DNA from: an uncultured Candidatus Saccharibacteria bacterium
GTDB taxonomy: Bacteria; Patescibacteriota; Minisyncoccia; Portnoybacterales; GCA-002795985
Direction: 5' to 3'
Length of the DNA: 24,000 nt
Assembly: GCA_964474765.1 (NCBI GenBank)
Contig: CAYYTW010000012.1
Coordinates: forward strand, 1 to 24,000
The notes beneath the pieces are model-generated. The model was not told the origin of the DNA and ran no database searches. It was given only the letters and a program-made list of their open reading frames with translations. Positions within the stretch are counted from its first letter, which is position 1. Each line of letters begins with the position of its first letter. A program made the translations under genes and the position numbers. Positions 7,064 to 15,402 of the stretch are shown here, piece by piece.

Positions 7064-8088
7064 AAAACATCATGCGAAGGTTGATTTTATACATTGTTTC
7101 TGTAATGGTGTTGATTTTAGTTATTGCCGCGGGCGGGTTTTTTTATGTTTATCATCGAATCCAGACACCGGCGGCAATGGTGGGGGAAAACAGGCAGATC
7201 ACTATAGAAAAAGGGTTGAGTATCAAACAGATCGCCGCCAGATTAGAGGGCGATGGTTTAATTAACAGCGTCTTTTATTTTGAAACCTATGTTTATTTTG
7301 AGGGAATCAACAGCTTGCAGGCTGGTGATTATGTGTTAAATCCATCCATGAGTATCCCCGAGATAGCCACGGCTTTGTCTGGCGGTTTGGTGAATCGCGA
7401 TGAAGTGCGCGTGACCATTCCCGAGGGTTTTACGGTTAAGCAAATAGATGAGCGGCTGGCGCAATTCGGCCTAATAAAGCCCGGCGAACTTCTCAACTTT
7501 GATGCTGGTCCTTTTTTGCCGCAGCCGCTCGGGTCTAATGGTTATCACAGACTCGTGTCGGAGGAGGAGGGGTATCTTTTTCCCGACACCTACATTTTTG
7601 ATAGGAATTCTTCGGCAAAGGATATCTGGCAGAAAATGTACGACAATTTCAATAAAAAGGTTGCTTTCGAGATGCTTACGGAAATTTTAGGCCAGCGGCG
7701 ATCCCTGTATGATATTGTCATCTTGGCGTCTATTGTCCAGCAAGAAGCTTCGATAACCGAAGAGATGCCGAGAATTGCCGGCGTGTTTTATAACCGGCTG
7801 GCAATTAACATGCCTCTGCAGTCCGACGCCACTGTCAATTATATAACCGGCAAGGGTATGCGCCGGGCTTCAATGGAAGACACTAAAATAGATTCGTCGT
7901 ATAATACCTATAAATACAAGGGTTTGCCGCCCGGCCCGATTTGCAACCCCGGGCTCGATGCCATCATGGCCGCCATTTGGCCCGAGAAAAGCGATTACTA
8001 CTATTTTCTCCATCCTCTTAACGCCCCGACGGTTTTCAGTAAAACCGAGGCGGAGCATCGGGCGAACAAAGCGAAGTGGCTGGAATGA
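7060..8088 (+). CDS. mltG: Endolytic murein transglycosylase MltG (YceG-like)
   Basis: N-terminal TM helix, then LASIVQQEA, GVFYNRL, PLQSDATVNY and YNTYKYKGLPPGPICNPG, ending in ANKAKW. This is the classical YceG pattern. Confidence 0.9.
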   Translation: MKNIMRRLILYIVSVMVLILVIAAGGFFYVYHRIQTPAAMVGENRQITIEKGLSIKQIAARLEGDGLINSVFYFETYVYFEGINSLQAGDYVLNPSMSIPEIATALSGGLVNRDEVRVTIPEGFTVKQIDERLAQFGLIKPGELLNFDAGPFLPQPLGSNGYHRLVSEEEGYLFPDTYIFDRNSSAKDIWQKMYDNFNKKVAFEMLTEILGQRRSLYDIVILASIVQQEASITEEMPRIAGVFYNRLAINMPLQSDATVNYITGKGMRRASMEDTKIDSSYNTYKYKGLPPGPICNPGLDAIMAAIWPEKSDYYYFLHPLNAPTVFSKTEAEHRANKAKWLE

Positions 8089-8273
8089 TGGCCGCATTGA
8101 GTTTAGTGAATAATATCTTTATTTGTCATATAAAAGAAGGAAACACAAAGGCATTATGCGTTTCATATTTTAGGAGCAAAGAATGGAGAATTCGAACGTT
8201 ACAGTCGGTTGATGAAAGAGAAAAAACAAAGGGGCGTTACATTGGATGGGACAAAAAGCATTGATGACAAAAA

Positions 8274-8720
8274 ATGAAATACAAAACTAAAATAATAATT
8301 ATAATATCTGTCATTGTTATTGGTTTAATCGGATTGGGTTTTTGGATTTTTGGGGGAGGGCAGAAAGTTACTTGGACTACGTCTGCGGGCGAACAACGAT
8401 CAATTGTGATGCCGAAAATTCCCGGGATGAAATTCATTTCCGAGGAAAGAGGCGAATGCTTTTGGCGCGCGACTTATGCCTATGAGTGGTATAAAGACCA
8501 GGATTTATCAATGCACATTAAAGATTTGTTGCAGTCTGTTTTTAGCCAACAGAATTGGGTATTGGAAAGCGATATAATGGAAGGAGGATTTCATGTTTTG
8601 CGTTTTTCTACAGAAAAATCCGGGTCGTATGAAACAATGGTGATGAAAATAATTTTTGAGCCGGGGCGGGGAACACTTTTTTCTCTTAATTATCAATGGC
8701 CGCCTTGTGCGGGCAAATAA
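8274..8720 (+). CDS. Hypothetical N-terminally anchored protein (148 aa)
   Basis: MKYKTK followed by the hydrophobic helix IIIIISVIVIGLIGLGFWIF, then a soluble domain with two Cys (C62 and C145). No family recognised. Confidence 0.55.
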   Translation: MKYKTKIIIIISVIVIGLIGLGFWIFGGGQKVTWTTSAGEQRSIVMPKIPGMKFISEERGECFWRATYAYEWYKDQDLSMHIKDLLQSVFSQQNWVLESDIMEGGFHVLRFSTEKSGSYETMVMKIIFEPGRGTLFSLNYQWPPCAGK

Positions 8721-8843
8721 AAATCGCATTAAGTTTTGATAAAATATAAAGATACTAATAGCTTAGATTTGGTAACGTGGGGCTTGCGGCGCGTCTGGCA
8801 ATATAACGAAGTTGTATTAGCCGGTGCGTCCAACCTCAAAAAC

Positions 8844-9725
8844 ATGAATAAAACACTTTTCATTCTTATTGGAACAGTAATTGTTTTTGGGATAGCCGCC
8901 TTTTTCTTATTTGCCAAAGAAGATCCGTTGGCAAGGCAAGCCAAAGAAGAAGTGCGGCAGGCCGAAGGAGTATATTCTAATTTCCAGAATACTGTAAACG
9001 CCATACCGATTTTAGAGCTTTCTTCTGACGTGAAGAATGATTTTAAAATACAAGCCGCCTATTTTGGTTTTATCGGATATCTTGAGCCAGACGTAGAGCC
9101 GCCTCCGGCTAGGGTGGTGATGCATGTAGGTAAACTAGCCGCGGCGCAAAACGCCAGGTCGTCTCCAAAGTTTATTGATGGTTTTGATCCAGAGAAGGAC
9201 TTCGGAGTTTTCTTAAAAGATATATTGATTGTGAAAGATATAACAAATGAAGATCTGGGATTTTTAGAAAAGATGACCAATGTTTTTGATGAGGCAGTCA
9301 AACATGCTAAGGCTAATGTCCCCGAACTCGTTCCCCCGACAATTGAAAGAAATAAGAAAACCGAGAAACATTTTTTGGAGTTTGAGAGAATTGACCAACG
9401 GCTCAAGGCATTAGCCGCTTCGCTAGACAGTTATTCCAGCGGCGAATTTCGGTCAAAGATGGAAAAATTGAAAGCCTCTAATGAAGTTTTTGGCGAGCTG
9501 GCTAATTATACTTATCAGCTTTATTCTGACAAGGGTTGGCCCTATAGTTTTGATATTGCGAAAACTTTTCCGGAGCTTGCCGGCGTGGAAGCGGCAGTTA
9601 AGCGATGTTCTCTATATAATCCTCGCACCGCGCCCACTGATTGTAAACCCACAGCTTTTATGCCGGGCCAATACCAGTCGTTGTTTCGTGAACTGACAAC
9701 AATCTATACGGGAGTTATTGAATAA
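8844..9725 (+). CDS. Hypothetical N-terminally anchored, largely helical protein (about 293 aa)
   Basis: I prefer the start at MNKTLFILIGTVIVFGIAAFFLFA (ATG 8844) over the ORF-track start at 8736, because the 36 upstream codons look non-coding. No family recognised. Confidence 0.55.
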   Translation: MNKTLFILIGTVIVFGIAAFFLFAKEDPLARQAKEEVRQAEGVYSNFQNTVNAIPILELSSDVKNDFKIQAAYFGFIGYLEPDVEPPPARVVMHVGKLAAAQNARSSPKFIDGFDPEKDFGVFLKDILIVKDITNEDLGFLEKMTNVFDEAVKHAKANVPELVPPTIERNKKTEKHFLEFERIDQRLKALAASLDSYSSGEFRSKMEKLKASNEVFGELANYTYQLYSDKGWPYSFDIAKTFPELAGVEAAVKRCSLYNPRTAPTDCKPTAFMPGQYQSLFRELTTIYTGVIE

Positions 9726-9821
9726 TTGTTTGAACCCAGCGTTATTATTGGTAGCATAGTTTTTTGTGGATAAGTTGAATCACGAAATAAAGGTCGAGGA
9801 TTTTCTCTGGTTTTTGTTTTA

Positions 9822-9830
9822 TGGTATAAT
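9822..9830 (+). promoter_or_regulatory. Extended -10 promoter element (TGgTATAAT) for the giant gene
   Basis: tggtataat is an exact TGnTATAAT. No good -35 is present. It lies 114 nt upstream of ATG 9944. Confidence 0.4.
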
Positions 9831-9864
9831 AAAAACAAGTTTCAAAGTAACTAAGTTATTTTGT

Positions 9865-9933
9865 GTCGTAATTTCCATTTTGACCGGTCTCGCAGAATTA
9901 TTTTGCGTAGCCGGCGGATGGAAATTCCGCGAC
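9865..9933 (+). promoter_or_regulatory. Structured 5-prime leader stem-loop of the giant gene
   Basis: aatttccat (9870-9878) pairs with atggaaatt (9918-9926), and gtcg (9865-9868) pairs with cgac (9930-9933). An inner helix pairs ccgg/cgca (9884-9894) with tgcg/ccgg (9904-9914). Confidence 0.4.
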
Positions 9934-9943
9934 GCGTGAAATT

Positions 9944-12900
9944 ATGTTTTCAAACAAATGTTTTTTTGTGTTTTTGATAGCATTTATTATAGCGCTATCT
10001 TTTGTTATTACGACGCAATGGGCGCCGGCGGCGGCGCAGGAAAATACAGGGCCGATTATTTCTGATATTCGAGTTGAAAATATTACGGGTTCGGGCGCGC
10101 AAATAAAATGGACAACTGATCAGCCTTCGGATTCTCGGGTTGCTTACGGAACGTCGCCTGGTCAATACGCTCTTTCTGATAATCGATGCGATGGAGGAGG
10201 CAATGTGACTAGTCATTGTGTTAACTTGATGAATCTTAACTATAATACTGTTTATTACTACAAAGTAAAATCGATGAATGCCATGGGTTTTGATAGCCAC
10301 AGCAACGAATTTCAATTTACTTCTGCCAGCGCTGCTAACGCGCCAGACACTCCGGGCAGCGTTCCGGCCGCGCCTTATAATTTAGTGGCCGATACTGACG
10401 GGGTAACCGTTAAATTAACTTGGTCAGACCCTTCGCTTAACAAAACAGAAACCAAAATTTATCGTCGTCAGTCGGATACGGCGTGGATGTATTTAAATAG
10501 TACGGGAATTGATATTACTTGGTACACTGATTCTTCTGTTCCTTCGGGCAATTATGAATATCAGGTTTTTTCTTGCAATTCTTACGGCTGTTCTAACGGG
10601 TCAAATATCGCCGCCATTAACATTGTCAGCGGGGGGGTGATCCAGGGGGAGGTGACCGACGGCGGGGGGGCAATCGTCGCTAATGCCCATGTTGAGGCGC
10701 AGGCAATTGATTCCAAAATGTCTTATTGGGGAAAAGCTGATAACCAGGGGCTGTATACTATTAATATTCCGGTCGGTACCTATAAAATAATCGCGCAGCC
10801 GCCGGAAGGAGCGAGTCTTCTTAGTTCTTTGCCAATCGAGATTACGATTGTCTCCGGCCAAACGCTGACGCAGAATTTAGTGTTGGCTAGCGCAAGCAAA
10901 ACTATTAGCGGCAAAGTGAGCCGGTCGGATGGCACAGCAGTGGCTAATGCCGGCATTCATGCTTATCAGTCGGCGTCGGGCAGGTCGGCTCAAGCCATCA
11001 CTGATGCTTCTGGTAATTACACTTTAGGGGTGGGTGGGGGAGCTTGGGAGGTGTCTGTTTTTTCTCAATCGCCATCAGATGACTGGAGATATAATCAACC
11101 GCCTCAAACATTGACTTTTGCCGTAGATGATGCGCCCGAAACAAAGACTTTAAATTTTACAGTTGTCACTGTTGACGCGGCTGTTAAGGGCAAAATATTA
11201 AAGCCCGACGGAACAGCGCCAGCGGCAAACGCGATTTCTATTAATTTGGACAACTCTCAAGGGTTTGCTTTTGGGGCTTCGGTTGACGCCACTGGTTCTT
11301 TCAGCATCGCTGTTCCGGCCGGAACCTATAATGTATTTATTCATAGCCAAGACCAGACGCTGATTGCTCCCGCGCTTTCCGCGATTACAGTATCTAGCGG
11401 CCAGACAAAAGACTTGGGGACAATTACTTTGGTCAAAGCAACTAAATCCATCAAGGGCAAGGTTGCTCGTCAGGATGGCCGGGCAGTAACTGACGCGGCA
11501 GTGGGCGCTTTTCACAAAGAAACTCAAAAATGGATAGAGACAAAAGTTGATGGCTCCGGCAATTACTCGCTTTTGGCAACGGGCGGTTCATGGGAAGTAT
11601 CCGTTCGCCCAATAACAGCGACTCCTAACTGGACATATGATAAGTCGTCTCAAATTGTTGTTTTTAACCAAGATACCACGGTTGAAGAAAAAATCATTAA
11701 TTTTACCGTTACCACTACCGACGTTTTTGTTAAAGGAAAAATTTTGCTTCCAGGCGGAACGATTCCGGCCGCAAACTCGGTGTTTGTTGATTTGCGAAGC
11801 GCGACTGGTTTCGGATTTGGCGGATCAATTGATTCAAGCGGCGCTTTTCGCATTTCTCTTACGGCTGGCACTTATAATATATTTATTCATAGCGAAAACC
11901 AGGATTTTTCGACTCCGGCGCTTTCTTCAATAACAGTAGTCTCCGGCGAGACAAAGGATCTTGGCGCAATATACCTTTTGGCAAGAGTAGATCATATTAA
12001 AGGCAGAGTGACTGATAAAAATGGGCAAGGAGTTGGGGGGATTATAATTGACGCTTGGATGCCGGAGGGATCTGATCATGCAATGACCAAAACTGATTCG
12101 ACGGGCAATTATGATTTATCTGTGATTCCTGGAAAATGGGAGGTTCAGGCCATGCCGGATGCGGCGTTTAATTTTTATAACCCTGAGCCGCCTAAACAAA
12201 TAAATGTGGTTTCGGGGACAGCGGCCGTGGTTAATTTTACTCTTTATCCGGCTGACGCAGGAATTTCTGGAACATTGGTAGACAAACAGGGGAATGTTCT
12301 GACGGAATTATATGGCTATGTTGGTCTTTCGCAGGAAGTAAAATTTGGTCCCGGATTGGGCGGTCCTATTGAACGGGGCAAATTTTTCTTCAAGGCGCCG
12401 GCTGGAACTTATGTTTTGTCTGTTTTTCTGCCTCCGGATTCGCTTTATACCATTGGTTTGCCGCAAACCGTGACTTTAGTTGCCGGCGAGACAATTTTTA
12501 CGCAGGTGGTTGTTGTTGCTAACACCTCAAAAATTACTGGAACGCTCAAAGATGAAGCTGGTAAGCCGGTAACCGGATTCGACGCTAAGGTTTTTGCCAC
12601 TACCCAAATAGGGGTTTGGCAGGGGGCTATTTTTGACAAAACTACAGGGCAATATACTTTAAGAGTAGCGGCTGGAATTTGGTATTTGGGGTATGATATT
12701 GATTCAACTTCTGGCTATATGTCGCTTCACAAGATGGATATTCAGGTTGTTATTGGCGAGGAGGAAACCATGCTTAAAGATCTAATTGTCATTAAGGCAA
12801 ATTCGGTTATTGCTGGTCGAATAACCGATCCTAACGGCATTGGTGTTTCTCGCGCTTTTGTCGGGGTAAGCAAAACGAGTTTTTCCGCGCTTACTCAAAA

Positions 12901-14593
12901 TCAAGAATTCAAAGATCCCATGGTAGCTGGCGCTGAAACGGATGGGAACGGTTTTTATCGGCTTAGTGTGCCGGCCGGATCTTATTTTATTAAAACGTTT
13001 GTCTCTCCCAAGCTCGGATTCATCAATTCGGAAGAAAAAAGCGTTTCTTTGACCGATGGTCAGACTTTGACCTTAAATTTGCAGTTGCGTTCGGCCAGCC
13101 TAAAGATTACCGGCAGGGCGCTATTGAATGATAGGCCGATTTCCGGCGCTTTTGTTTGGGGGTGGTCGCAGAAAGGCGGCTACCAGGAAACTTTTTCTCG
13201 TATAGACGGCGGTTTTCAGCTTAATGTTACGGCAAACGATGTTTGGACGATTGCCGCTGGAAGGGAAATTGAGGGAGTATTTTATAAATCAAGCGAAGTC
13301 GGTTTGCGGGTTGGCGATGCTGATTTGGCTCAGGATATTTATTTGGCCAAATTTGTTCAATTGCCGTCATCGGTGATTCAGACGGCTGAAGCAACCAAAC
13401 CGGCGGTGGTTGAGGTGATAAACGGGCCAACGGTGGTTGCTCCAGCGAATGCGGTATCTACCTCTGGTTCGATCAGTATTAGTATTGCTCCTGATAGCCG
13501 CGCTCCTTCTCAAGGAGAGATTAGGATTGTGGGCGTTGCTTACAATTTTGAAGCGCGCGATGCTAATGATCAACTTGTTCCTTTATTTAATACAGAAGTA
13601 GTTATCACCATTCCCTATAACACAAACGAAGTAACAAATCTTGGCACAAGGGAAGAAAATTTACTTATGGCTTTTTGGGACGAAACCAATGGAACTTGGA
13701 AAACAGTAGATAAGTCGGTAGTTAATCAGGATAAGAATTGTGTTACCGCCGCGGTTAATCATTTTACGCGCTTCGCGATTGTTTCGGCGGCCGATATTAT
13801 TCCGCCTTCGGCGCCGGCAAAAATAACGGCCATAGAGATAGCTCCTGGTCAGGTTAAATTAGGGTGGCAGAATCCGGTTCAGGATTTTCATCACGCCAAA
13901 ATTTATCGGTCAACCGAATCGGGAAAGTTGGGCGCGTTGATTTATAACGATTTGACAGGAACGAGCCGAATCGACTCGGGGCTTTCCGGCGAGAAAACTT
14001 ATTATTTCGTTGTTCGAGCAGTTGATCCGGCTGGAAATGAATCAACCAACCAAGACGCAATCGCGGTTTTGGTAGAAGTCGGCGGAGAACAAGTCGTTGC
14101 CGCCTCTTTGTTTAAGAGTTCTGGTTCAGCGATTTGGGTGGTCAATAATGGTTTGAAATCATTGATTCGGTCGGTCGCGGTTTTTAATGATTCCGGTTAT
14201 GATTGGGGCGCCGTGCAAACTATTTCCAATTCTCGATTAAACGCCATTCCTATTGCTAATTTGATTAAAACCGCTGATAGCCCCGATGTTTATCGGTTGG
14301 AAAAAAACTTCAAACGCAAGTTAGCTTCGATTGAGATTTTTGAATCGTATGGTTTAGATTGGAACAAGATTTCGATTGTCAGTCAGCCTATGATGGACTC
14401 CTTCTCTTACGCACCAATTTATCAAAAGAAGGGCGCAGGTGGTTTATACTGGAAAGACGCGAATAATGCTCTTCATCAATTCGTTTCAATGCCCGTCTTT
14501 GCTGCCTGTGGTTATAATGTTAGAGATTTGATTGCGGTTAATAAAATGGAATTTGGCAGTTTTGCGATCGGCGAGACGATTATCAAACCTTAA
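9944..14593 (+). CDS. Giant secreted surface protein: signal peptide, 2 FN3-like domains, about 10 CarboxypepD_reg-like beta-sandwich modules, a HFTRFA beta-sandwich domain, a third FN3-like domain and 3 C-terminal repeats
   Basis: 1549-aa uninterrupted ORF. The signal-like N-terminus ends AAAQ. FN3-like segments lie at about aa 36-127, 141-228 and 1287-1378. Recurrent modules follow G(K/R)V.D..G..V..A.V....TD..G.Y.L.V..G.Y.V. No LPXTG or PEP-CTERM motif is seen. Confidence 0.85.
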   Translation: MFSNKCFFVFLIAFIIALSFVITTQWAPAAAQENTGPIISDIRVENITGSGAQIKWTTDQPSDSRVAYGTSPGQYALSDNRCDGGGNVTSHCVNLMNLNYNTVYYYKVKSMNAMGFDSHSNEFQFTSASAANAPDTPGSVPAAPYNLVADTDGVTVKLTWSDPSLNKTETKIYRRQSDTAWMYLNSTGIDITWYTDSSVPSGNYEYQVFSCNSYGCSNGSNIAAINIVSGGVIQGEVTDGGGAIVANAHVEAQAIDSKMSYWGKADNQGLYTINIPVGTYKIIAQPPEGASLLSSLPIEITIVSGQTLTQNLVLASASKTISGKVSRSDGTAVANAGIHAYQSASGRSAQAITDASGNYTLGVGGGAWEVSVFSQSPSDDWRYNQPPQTLTFAVDDAPETKTLNFTVVTVDAAVKGKILKPDGTAPAANAISINLDNSQGFAFGASVDATGSFSIAVPAGTYNVFIHSQDQTLIAPALSAITVSSGQTKDLGTITLVKATKSIKGKVARQDGRAVTDAAVGAFHKETQKWIETKVDGSGNYSLLATGGSWEVSVRPITATPNWTYDKSSQIVVFNQDTTVEEKIINFTVTTTDVFVKGKILLPGGTIPAANSVFVDLRSATGFGFGGSIDSSGAFRISLTAGTYNIFIHSENQDFSTPALSSITVVSGETKDLGAIYLLARVDHIKGRVTDKNGQGVGGIIIDAWMPEGSDHAMTKTDSTGNYDLSVIPGKWEVQAMPDAAFNFYNPEPPKQINVVSGTAAVVNFTLYPADAGISGTLVDKQGNVLTELYGYVGLSQEVKFGPGLGGPIERGKFFFKAPAGTYVLSVFLPPDSLYTIGLPQTVTLVAGETIFTQVVVVANTSKITGTLKDEAGKPVTGFDAKVFATTQIGVWQGAIFDKTTGQYTLRVAAGIWYLGYDIDSTSGYMSLHKMDIQVVIGEEETMLKDLIVIKANSVIAGRITDPNGIGVSRAFVGVSKTSFSALTQNQEFKDPMVAGAETDGNGFYRLSVPAGSYFIKTFVSPKLGFINSEEKSVSLTDGQTLTLNLQLRSASLKITGRALLNDRPISGAFVWGWSQKGGYQETFSRIDGGFQLNVTANDVWTIAAGREIEGVFYKSSEVGLRVGDADLAQDIYLAKFVQLPSSVIQTAEATKPAVVEVINGPTVVAPANAVSTSGSISISIAPDSRAPSQGEIRIVGVAYNFEARDANDQLVPLFNTEVVITIPYNTNEVTNLGTREENLLMAFWDETNGTWKTVDKSVVNQDKNCVTAAVNHFTRFAIVSAADIIPPSAPAKITAIEIAPGQVKLGWQNPVQDFHHAKIYRSTESGKLGALIYNDLTGTSRIDSGLSGEKTYYFVVRAVDPAGNESTNQDAIAVLVEVGGEQVVAASLFKSSGSAIWVVNNGLKSLIRSVAVFNDSGYDWGAVQTISNSRLNAIPIANLIKTADSPDVYRLEKNFKRKLASIEIFESYGLDWNKISIVSQPMMDSFSYAPIYQKKGAGGLYWKDANNALHQFVSMPVFAACGYNVRDLIAVNKMEFGSFAIGETIIKP
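10898..11989 (+). repeat. Tandem duplication, 2 x 546 nt (2 x 182 aa), inside the giant gene
   Basis: aa 319-500 and aa 501-682 align without gaps. By eye about half the residues are identical, for example AGTYNVFIHSQDQ versus AGTYNIFIHSENQ. A third, more diverged unit follows. Confidence 0.8.
14123..14578 (+). repeat. Three C-terminal repeats of about 47-50 aa in the giant protein (putative wall/envelope-binding modules)
   Basis: The pattern V(Y/W)...N..(K)..I.S...F...GY.W..I..VS......P recurs at about aa 1394-1440, 1447-1492 and 1500-1545. Confidence 0.55.
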
Positions 14594-14619
14594 GGGGGCG
14601 TCTTCATCTTTTTCTCCAA

Positions 14620-15387
14620 ATGAACGGAGTGGCAAGTTATATTTACAAGACAGCCGTTGTTTTTATTGTCTTGGCTGGCGTTTGTGCGGGCGGGTATTTT
14701 GTTTTTATTCGGCGAGGCGATGATTTAGTTGAGGGTTTGCCGTCTTCGTCAGCGGTGCATTACTATAAAAATTCTACCCTTTCTTTATCGAAAATAAGAA
14801 TTAAAGCGGTTTATTTTGTGCCCAATGACAAAGGGGGCGACATTTTTTCTCAATGGCAATCTGCTTTGCCTCAAACCTTAGAAGATATCGTTCGATTCCA
14901 CAAAGTTATTTTTAAGGATTTGTCGCAAGTATCATTTGATATCTATCCACAGCCGATTATTGGCAGGGAGGACAGTAGTTTTTATGATACCGAAACGACT
15001 GGACGCGGCAATCCAGCGGCGTTGCGAAACGTCTATCGGGAGTTAGAGGCGCGGCTGTTAACTTACGGAGGGGATTTATTTGATGAAAGCTTTGTTGGGA
15101 GCGCAAGCGGCGAATATATTGTTTATTGCGTGTTATATGAAGGTGTGGGAGCGAGCGCCAGCGAAAATGTGATATTTCTCTCCAGTTCTTATTTGACCAA
15201 CGAAAGATATCAGGAAAGCGGCGCGACCATCTTTTATCATGAATTTGCTCATACTTTGGGCATCCCCGATCATTATGATGAGCAAGACGGCAAGTCCAGC
15301 TCTTTGGACATAATGGGCTTTGGCTTGGTGCGGCCTTTGGCATTTAATTATTTAGACGAAGAAATTTTAGAAGAGATGGGCTTGTGA
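14620..15387 (+). CDS. Membrane-anchored minimal metzincin-like zinc protease (snapalysin/M7-like motif)
   Basis: N-terminal TM helix AVVFIVLAGVCAGGYFVFI. The motif HEFAHTLGIPDHY (HExxHxxGxxD) is followed by SLDIMGFG, a candidate Met-turn. The ORF starts 26 nt after the giant gene. Confidence 0.7.
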   Translation: MNGVASYIYKTAVVFIVLAGVCAGGYFVFIRRGDDLVEGLPSSSAVHYYKNSTLSLSKIRIKAVYFVPNDKGGDIFSQWQSALPQTLEDIVRFHKVIFKDLSQVSFDIYPQPIIGREDSSFYDTETTGRGNPAALRNVYRELEARLLTYGGDLFDESFVGSASGEYIVYCVLYEGVGASASENVIFLSSSYLTNERYQESGATIFYHEFAHTLGIPDHYDEQDGKSSSLDIMGFGLVRPLAFNYLDEEILEEMGL

Positions 15388-15402
15388 TAGCCGCTATTAA
15401 TA

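Noticed and set aside
8076-8264. 62-aa ORF plus mini-ORFs MRFIF (8156-8173) and MENSNVTVG (8183-8212, AGGAG 6 nt upstream) in the mltG-downstream spacer
   Set aside because: The 62-aa ORF overlaps the mltG end and has no recognisable features. Tiny ORFs of this size arise by chance. The MRFIF resemblance to macrolide pentapeptides is anecdotal, and no resistance gene follows.
8736-8843. ORF-track start at 8736 for the 329-aa protein
   Set aside because: The first 36 codons lack the signal or anchor logic. MNKTLFILIG... at 8844 gives a typical basic-plus-hydrophobic N-terminus. The longer form cannot be strictly excluded.
9785-9800. Shared 13-mer aaataaaggtcga with 18598-18610 (both in leaders of long 5-prime UTRs)
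   Set aside because: A single AT-rich 13-nt match in a 24-kb window is within chance expectation, and there is no flanking similarity.
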